In this document: positions 55,943 through 64,000 of the stretch, piece after piece
Numbering within the stretch: position 1 is the stretch's first letter
How the letters are laid out: each line of letters begins with the position of its first letter
NCBI GenBank assembly: GCA_000165425.1
Contig: CT868041.1
Span: 310,001 to 374,000, forward strand
Length of the DNA: 64,000 nucleotides
Source: Paramecium tetraurelia
Lineage: Eukaryota
Direction: 5' to 3'
Notes under the pieces: generated by a model
What the model was told of the DNA's origin: nothing
The model's database searches: none
The model's input: only the letters and a program-made list of their open reading frames with translations
Program-made: the position numbers and the translations under genes

Positions 55943-57532
55943 TCATGCAATTCATGAAATTACTGTTTCTATAATAGGGATTTTGCTAATAGCATAAAAT
56001 TTTTATATAAAAAAAAAGAAAATTCTTTATGTCTATTTTTTACAGATTTTTAAGCCCATTTATCAAATTCACTTAAGGAATCATCAAAATCGAAATTTGA
56101 AAATTTGGTTACAAAATTATTCCTTAATGTTGGTTCCCCAGGGAATGTGAGAATAAGATGCATTAGCAACACACCCAAAGCTTAAAGACTTTATTATTTA
56201 TATTGAGGTTAATCCTGTTTGAATTATTTTTGCATTTCTTCAAAATATAGGTATTAATGATTCAAGTCTGCCAACATCACCTCATTTATAAAAGAATAGA
56301 ATTACTTAGATATCCCCAGTGATACTTTAAGTCACCATAATGCTCTCTGGTTTAAGATCTCCATGAATTATTTGTTTCTGTTGCAAATACTCCAAACCAC
56401 TTATTATTTGGCAGATTATTTCAATAATTAACTTGCTCTTTTACTCAATTGGCATGGGATTCATATAAAAATAAGAAAAACTCAATAGGTTTTTAGTTTG
56501 TGAGATATATCCTGGATAGATGCAATATTCAATTTGAGTGTATAGGAATATTTGTTAGTTTTTTTATTCAAGCCACCAGTCATAGTGTCTTATAATGTTT
56601 GGATGTGAAATGCTTAAAAGAATACGTGCTTCTTGAATTGTTAAGTTATCTTAATTAAAACTTTTAGTATTAAATATATCTTAAAATGTAACATTAATAG
56701 GTATGTCTTACAATTAAATCTATAATTAGGTTGTTTTTTACTCGTTTAACAAAATAAATTTAATCATCCATTGGCTTATAGACATGATAAGTTGTGCTTT
56801 ATTTCTGTTGATCAAATTCTTCATTTAAGACAATAAAATCATTTTTGAATCTATTGTTTCTTAAAAATTAGTTTTTAAAATCTTATTACACAATTATTTC
56901 TTTCTAAATGTTTATATTAAAAAAGGAGAGAGTCAATCTAGCTCTCTAATTTTTTTGTTCGATTGATATTTTCTTATTTATAAAACTATCAACTAAAGAT
57001 TTTTTGATAAATATGAAAGCTGTCGACTTGATTTGTAATGTGGATGTTATGAATCCAATGTTGATATCTTAGTAAAAGATTTTAAAGAGACTTGATTATT
57101 AATTCTCTATTAAAAAATGAATCGTACTTTAAATTCTTAGACTGATTAGAAGTAATTGGTCTCTTGAGTAAGTCTTTTCTTAATGGCTTTCTTTATAGCT
57201 TTGACAACCATTGTGATATGCCTAAAAAATGGATCATCGCTAGAAAAATTAATCGTAATCAATGAAATAACAAGCAATTATTGAAACTAATTAAAATCAT
57301 CGGAAAGTATGAAATCATTCTTCTCTTTTAAATTTTCTTCCTTTTTCTATAGAGATAAGTATTACAAGTGTTAACATGATTTTGTTCTTATCAGTGTTTG
57401 GTATGTCCACTTTTTCATTCTGCATTTCATCGAAAACCTCTTCAATATAAAATTTGCTAGACATCAATTCATCAAATTACTAGATAAGATTGTAAACAAT
57501 TATTTTACTTCTATGCTACTATACTATTACAT
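55943..57532 (-). CDS. eIF2-alpha-kinase-like pseudokinase
   Basis: HPNIIRHYDWWLE, LYTQIEYC, HGDLKPESI, DLN in place of DFG, no APE seen. Confidence 0.65.
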
Positions 57533-57591
57533 TTTATATTATAAATATTATTTAAATATATATATAAAATACATAAATTAAATTCAAATGC

Positions 57592-58709
57592 TCATTAAAC
57601 TTCTTCTACTATTATTATTATTCATGTTGTCCGTTGAAAATTAATCTGGAATCCAAAGCACCAGATTTCTACAGCCACTAGCCATTAATAAATGTGTAGG
57701 ACAGAATTTAACAACTTTACATCTCTTTTGATGACCCTCCAATCTAGTTACCTAATTCCCATTTGGAAGACTCCAAATATGTATAGTTCCTGTTTCACTT
57801 CCACTTATTACATAATTGCAATCAGGAGTAAAGCCAGCCTCTATCATAGATCCCTAATTGCTGAAATCACTTAATTCACAAATCTATTTATAAATTAATT
57901 ATTTACTGTATCTAATGTATAAGCATCTAATATAAGTATTGCGCCATCTCCAGTAGAACATAAAATAAATTTGTTGTTATTACTAAATTTAATACACTTC
58001 ACTTGACTACAATTAATCTTTTTGGATTAAAATGATCCAGAATGATATTTTTTAAAATCATATAAGTATAACCAATTATTTGATATACAATAATATTATT
58101 CCAAAAACACTACCGCAAATACTTATCCTGATGGATCAAATGCAGCTACACAGAATGTTTTTTTAGCAGATAAATCTAATAAACCATCGGATGTTTAGTA
58201 TTCTGATGCTAAATTCCATAATCTTAATGTTCCATCCATACTACAACTTAAAAAATCATCTGAGACAGGTGATAAATCTAGCCAATGTATCCTATTAGAT
58301 AAGTAATTCAATTAAAATTTACATGTTCGTATGTCCAGTAAACTTCTTCAAAATTTAATTATCGTGTAATGACCAATAATATATGTCATATGGCTCCTTT
58401 TTTGTTACACATAACACACATGAATTATGATGAGTAAATCTTACAAGATCTATTTCCTTCACCTTGTTGTATAAAGTTCTCATTTTCCTATTGATCAAAA
58501 ACTAATATACTTTCCCTAATGGACATCATACACATTTAAAGCTTAATCGTCACAAGAGACCAAATATTACCCGTCTTTTGAAAAATCAATAGCATTTATA
58601 TCTTTTTACTAAATTTAGAATTCAAACTTACGTGGTCTTTGAAGATCTTGCACATTTTCATCGCTTGCAATTATTCATTAGTGATCTCTACTTCCTATTC
58701 TTCTTGCAT
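57592..58709 (-). CDS. WDR82: WD40 protein WDR82/Swd2
   Basis: VRFTHHNSCV, YWSLHDN, LSPVSDDFLSCSMDGTLRLW, AAFDPSG, FTPDCNY, VSGCRNLVLWIP. Confidence 0.88.
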
Positions 58710-59004
58710 TATTCTAATAATATAAATTTATTATAATATATATTTTCAGATATAGAAATTTTTAATCATTAATCTCATATAATGAGATTCCATTATTCAT
58801 CAACTTGATAAATGATTATTATGTATATATATATATCAGATATTGCCACATTAACATCAAACAACATTCAGACGGTAATTCCATCTACAATAAATTTCAT
58901 CACAAAATAAAAAGTTAATTAAAATAAATATATGAAAATATCAATAAAAAATCCGCTTTTATACATAAAAATTAATAAAAAAACAAAAGAAATAAATAGT
59001 TACA

Positions 59005-59718
59005 TCAGCAACACCCTCCTCCATTATTTCTATTCTGGGTCTAATTCTATTGTTGCTAATTTAGATTATTATTCTAATTTTAAGGCTGTTACTATTTCAT
59101 ATTCATGACCTGCTCGCAAATTGAAATGAATAGCCTATCCACATTTTCAGATGTTTTCGCTGATGTTTCCAGAAATTAAGCATTAAATTATTTGGCTTTC
59201 TCTTAACCCTCCTGCTTGCTTATTTTCCTTTTATTTGGTATATCAGCTTTATTGCCAACTATTAATTTTTAAACTGTTTTTCTCCCAAACCTTTGTTAAT
59301 GGCTTAAGAATCAATACTTGTCAATGTCCTCTATCCAACTATCGACTGCATCAAATGTAGATCTTTCAGTCACATCATAAACAATCACAACTCCATGGGC
59401 ATCTCTATAGTAATTATTCGTCAAAGCCTTAAATCTCTCCTATCCTGCTGTGTCCCACTTAAATAATTTTGTATAAATACAATTTGCAATTTCACATCTT
59501 AATTCCCTATTTTGATTACCCTAGTTTTCTCTAAATAAAATCTATTTATACAAAATCTACACCAATCGTATTGTAATATTGTGATGTAAAATAATTTTCA
59601 GAATATCTCATTAAAATACAAGATTTTCCAACATTGCAGTTCCCCACTATAACAACCTTTATTAGAGTATCGCTATTAATCTGATTAAATATTACTAAGT
59701 ATTGGAATTTTTATTCAT
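59005..59718 (-). CDS. Rab GTPase (Rab1-like)
   Basis: GNCNVGKS, TIGVDF, WDTAGQERF, GNKAD, ETSAK, C-terminal GGGCC*. Confidence 0.93.
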
Positions 59719-59909
59719 TCAACAATTATGAAAAATAAATAATCACTAAACACATAAGCATATATTTTAATTAAGATAAATCTGATATACTTTCCATAAA
59801 AACCTAGAGCAATTTTGTGGCACATCTTTATCAAGAATTTAAGGCTAAAATAGAGTAAGGATTTGCGATTAAAAATATATCTACAATTCTTAACATATTT
59901 TAAATAAAT

Positions 59910-60956
59910 TCAAAACTTTTAGACTAGAGACTTACTGAAGAGTTCATAAACAAGAAAAGTAATGCTGTTAGAAGGTAAAACTCTAATTAAATCTGGTATT
60001 GAGACCATTTAGTAGAATCCTTTGATTGAGTCTTGTTCATAAGATGGCTCTGCAAAGTGTCTATAATTCTTAATTCTCGAGCGTGAATCCATTTTTATAT
60101 ATAGTTTTATATATCAAATATATCTTGTTCGAATTACTACATGAGGAATATGTTGCGAATTACAGCAATAGGCTAATTGCATATTTATATATTATTTTTA
60201 CATTTAGATAGTATTGAAGCTTTTAAGAATATCTAAGGGAGAAAGTTAACCATTCTAATCTGTGTAATCTGATTTCAGCTTTTTCATAAAATTGGAAATT
60301 AAATTAGCAACGTGAGACAACCCTAAAACTGTAGCACCCAAACTCCTTATATAATGCAAAGAATCCTTCCTAAAATTAGCAATTTAAAATATACTTCCTT
60401 GTACATTGTAAGAAGTCCTCCAAATACTGATTTATATTTAGCATTATTATGATCATGCAAATATTAGGTTTACATTCTAGTTCTAATCAACTATTTACAC
60501 TTAAACTAAAAATATACCCAAAGTGGATTGGTTATTAAATCACATAAAAACCCTGTTAAGACAGTTGCTGCAGCATGGTTATAAAAACCATAGATTTTAT
60601 ATTTAATTTCCAATATTTCCTTGTTCCATTTGTACAAAGGAAAGAAGAGAGAATGAAAGAGTGGATTTGCAATGGCAGTTGCTCGGTAACCTGTTGTAAA
60701 TTTAAAATGCATGGATTACCTTTATAATAACCGGAGAATCCTTCTTCTTTGAATATTACATAGAGTGTGTTAAGAAATCCGCTGTATTTATTAACAGATT
60801 TAGTAGCATTCTTAATTTGTATATTTTGCATACCTATAAATTTAATCTACTTCTAGCTACTTCTAAAGGATGGCACACAGTCACACTAATAAATCCACCG
60901 ATTAAGCCTGCAATAAAATGATTCCAATATAGATTTCTTTATTTATCTAAATTCAT
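59910..60956 (-). CDS. mitochondrial carrier SLC25 (NAD+/folate carrier-like)
   Basis: HPLEVA, NPLW.IRTRMQ, FPIYE, YPHVVIRTR, RVLPSN. Confidence 0.88.
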
Positions 60957-60984
60957 TTTATTTAATATTATTTTTTTTCAAAAT

Positions 60985-61739
60985 ATGAATATGAATGACA
61001 GTTTTTTTGACAACATAGAAGTTGTGTATGAGAAGCTAACTACATATAATAAACCGTAAACTATTTGCAAATCCTTGGAACGTTCATTCGCAATGTGCAG
61101 CAATCCACCTAAGTATGTATGCCATTGAAATTTATAATTTCAGCAAAATAATATAGCAGCAAACTTCATTTCAGAATGACAATGCTATGTCTAGACACTA
61201 ATCATATAAATTAGATTACTTGTTAAAATAATAAACCAAAAGCTCATAAAATAATACTTAATCTAAAAGTTATCGTAGTATAATATAATAAGATTACAAT
61301 ACTAACAATATAAGTTAGAATCCATAAAGTACAAGAGTAATATTGATTTAGAAACCTATATGAAGCAATAGATGAGACTAAAAATAAACTTAGAAAACGA
61401 TGCCTATTAATCGAATTTAAGACACAAAACTTCATCTTCACATAACACTACAAATCCATACTAGGCATCTTTAGCTACTTTAATGAAACAGCAAGTAATT
61501 TATGATATAAATCGTAAAAGATGCAAAAATAATAGCAAAGTTTTGCCAATATATGCAAGACCTTGAATGACGAGCCAAAACCGCGAATTTCTGCCACACA
61601 CAGACAATCTATTATTCCTCAAAAATTGACTCAGAGATAGGACTCTGTTAGTAATAGAAGATCGAGTAATTCTGTATATATGCAGGAATTTAGAAAGGTT
61701 TTTAGCAAAAGTAAATATAGTTTTCACAATAATATTTGA
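60985..61739 (+). CDS. hypothetical protein
   Basis: frame joined by tiny introns (e.g. about 61495-61520). Confidence 0.5.
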
Positions 61740-61846
61740 ATTTAATATATTTCTCCATTTCAATAATAATAAAGTCAATGGCTTTTTAAATATTGTTTAA
61801 GTTATAGATCAAATTATTTAAATATTTCTAATATATTATTTCTCAA

Positions 61847-63795
61847 TCATGCCAAATATATAAATAAACTCATATCATTTTGATCTCTTTGTAAATACTC
61901 TTTTTCTGTCAATACTTCAATTTACTATTTAATATCCACAGCTTTAAGTGGTAAACCCAAATCTTTTAAAACTAAATTGACTATTTCTTAGAGTGTGTGC
62001 TATTTGTCCCGTTTCATTATTTTAACTATTGAGGCATCAATAACATATTTTCGATCATGCAATAACTTCTGTGTATTTTCTTCAATTTCTTCTTTTTTCT
62101 CTATCTTTTACATTTAATTAATCTTAATGTGAGTTTTCTTACTTTCAAATTCATGATTCACTGAATACACTCCTTGGTTTAAAAGTAATATTTTCTCCTT
62201 TTCAAGTGGAATCAGATTTCTGATTATTTCATCTTTGGACAATCCACTAAGCTGAATAAAGTCCGAAGCCTTGTAAGATTTCTATTTGTTGAACAAATCT
62301 AAAATCATAGCTTAAACAACGGATACTATAAAGATGTACTAATTTATGAATTGTAATTTTTACCTTCTTGAAACCTTTAACAGAGCAATTGCTGCACTCC
62401 AACATCCAAAATAAGATCTTCTACTTAAAATCTTATTTTTTATCTTCTTGGAAATATTCTTATTATTCTTTCAAAAAGAATTTTGGAATTTAATCTTATT
62501 TTAAAGTCCAAGAATTTTAGGAAATAACAACTAGTTTTACTTCGACTCCCGCATGCTAAAATTGATAACATTTTTTATATTCTTTAAGAACTTCCTCAGC
62601 TTTTCTTACATACTAATCTCCACACTATTATTTTAAATTTATTAAGATTTCTGTTTCCAATTCTTAAGAGATGGATAATTCCAAAAGCAATCTTCTTGTC
62701 ATTCTCTAAGTGTAAAAGTGTTCAAATATATCTTTAGCTGAAAAATAAGGCATAAGTTGTAATGATTACTTTATCCTCTCTTTAACTTTTTCAAAATCTT
62801 TATTTTCTTACTTTTTGATTAGAAGTTAATCAAAATAAGACGATAATTATTCAGACAACCAATTTACTTTAATTTGAATGGCTGATTCAATAGCACTAGA
62901 TAAACTTATTTTAATTTTTTCATTACTATTGAAAAGATCTCTAAGTTTTTGCTCATAATACTCTTTTTTGTCAAATATACAAGAGATTGTTTATTATTTA
63001 TCTTCATTATTTATCACTTTAAGCAGATCCTAATATACAGCATCATATCTAAATAAATTATATTATTATATACATCTTCCCCTTCAAAATATTTCCATCT
63101 ATTATTTCATTTAATTCATAAAATATTTTCATGTAAGGCACATTTTCAAGTTAGATTGGGCTATCAGTAAGAATTTTAAAAACCATTTTATTAAATTCTT
63201 CTCTCAAGGATATACTTAATTAGGTATCATTGAATAATTCAATTATCTTCTCTTCTATCAGATATTATTAATATATTTATTCAATCGAGGTGAACTTAAT
63301 ATAAAAGGGTATTGATTTTTCCAAAATGGTCTATTTAAACTCTTAACAAAATTAGGTGCATTTAATAAATTGTATCAATCATAATAGTTTATCATCAATA
63401 CCACTTTAACGCAATGTTAAAAACGATCTTAGAAATAGAGGCAATACTTTATTTTTGTTTGCGTAAATTTAATCTTAGTATATCTAATTTAGCAGCTTAT
63501 TAATGGATTATGTTTGGAATGACTCAATAGTCTTGAAAATTTAATCCATCAACTTAATTATGTTCTAAATTTATAGGTGCTATTATATGATTTAAGAGCA
63601 ATCTTGAAATACTAGCTTATTTTAAGTATATTATTGAAATTCTTTTATTATTAGATTTAATATTTGTTAATTATTCTGCTCATTTTGCTTCAACTTTTAG
63701 TAATAAAATAAATATGGCTTTGATATAGGATTTTTATTGATTATATTTATCATTAATTAGTGGAATTCTTCAGTGTGGTAATTTTCAGCTATCAT
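61847..63795 (-). CDS. divergent cullin (start approximate)
   Basis: VISQNSW, VSVVQAMILDLFN, DRKYVIDASIVKIMK, IEVLTEKEYLQR, FIYLA*. Confidence 0.8.
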
Positions 63796-64000
63796 TTATT
63801 TTAATTATTTAATAAAATATATTAAATATTTTATTAGTAAATGCTCTAAATTGTCTTGATCACAAATTGAAACTGAATTTGGTATATTAAATAATAGGAT
63901 AAAGAATATGATTTTTTAAAGTTTGATGAAATTTAATGTAAAACTAACAATAAATAATTTTATATTAATATCAATTAAATAATGAAGAGGTAAAAGAAAT

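Overview
AT-rich, gene-dense eukaryotic DNA that looks like a ciliate macronuclear chromosome, most likely Paramecium. TAA/TAG read as Gln, TGA is the only stop, introns are about 22-31 nt GT..AG, and some intergenic gaps are only 13-30 bp. The supplied ORF track uses the wrong code and ignores introns, so I rebuilt gene models by hand; some ends are approximate. About 40 genes are visible. Recognisable ones include HIBCH, a PWI-only SRRM1, RPLP1, a Kelch protein, two AGC kinases, a TEY MAPK, cystinosin, H2A.Z, a divergent CDK, TAT, a PTEN-like protein, UROD, a sulfurtransferase, a GAF protein, a trichocyst-matrix-like protein, WDR82, a Rab, an SLC25 carrier and a cullin, plus an IMPDH/GMPR pseudogene. 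Most notable: (i) a 350-aa WG/GW-repeat + RGG protein, a candidate Piwi/Argonaute hook; (ii) an intact RdRP-family gene whose DxDGD motif reads DEFDD; (iii) an apparently intronless 2639-aa furin-repeat/beta-helix/multi-TM surface protein; (iv) a two-TM protein with ENaC/P2X-like topology; (v) a 68-aa microprotein with lipidation and PP1-docking motifs; (vi) head-to-head genes with ATGs 13 bp apart. I saw no rRNA, tRNA, CRISPR, telomere or transposon signal.
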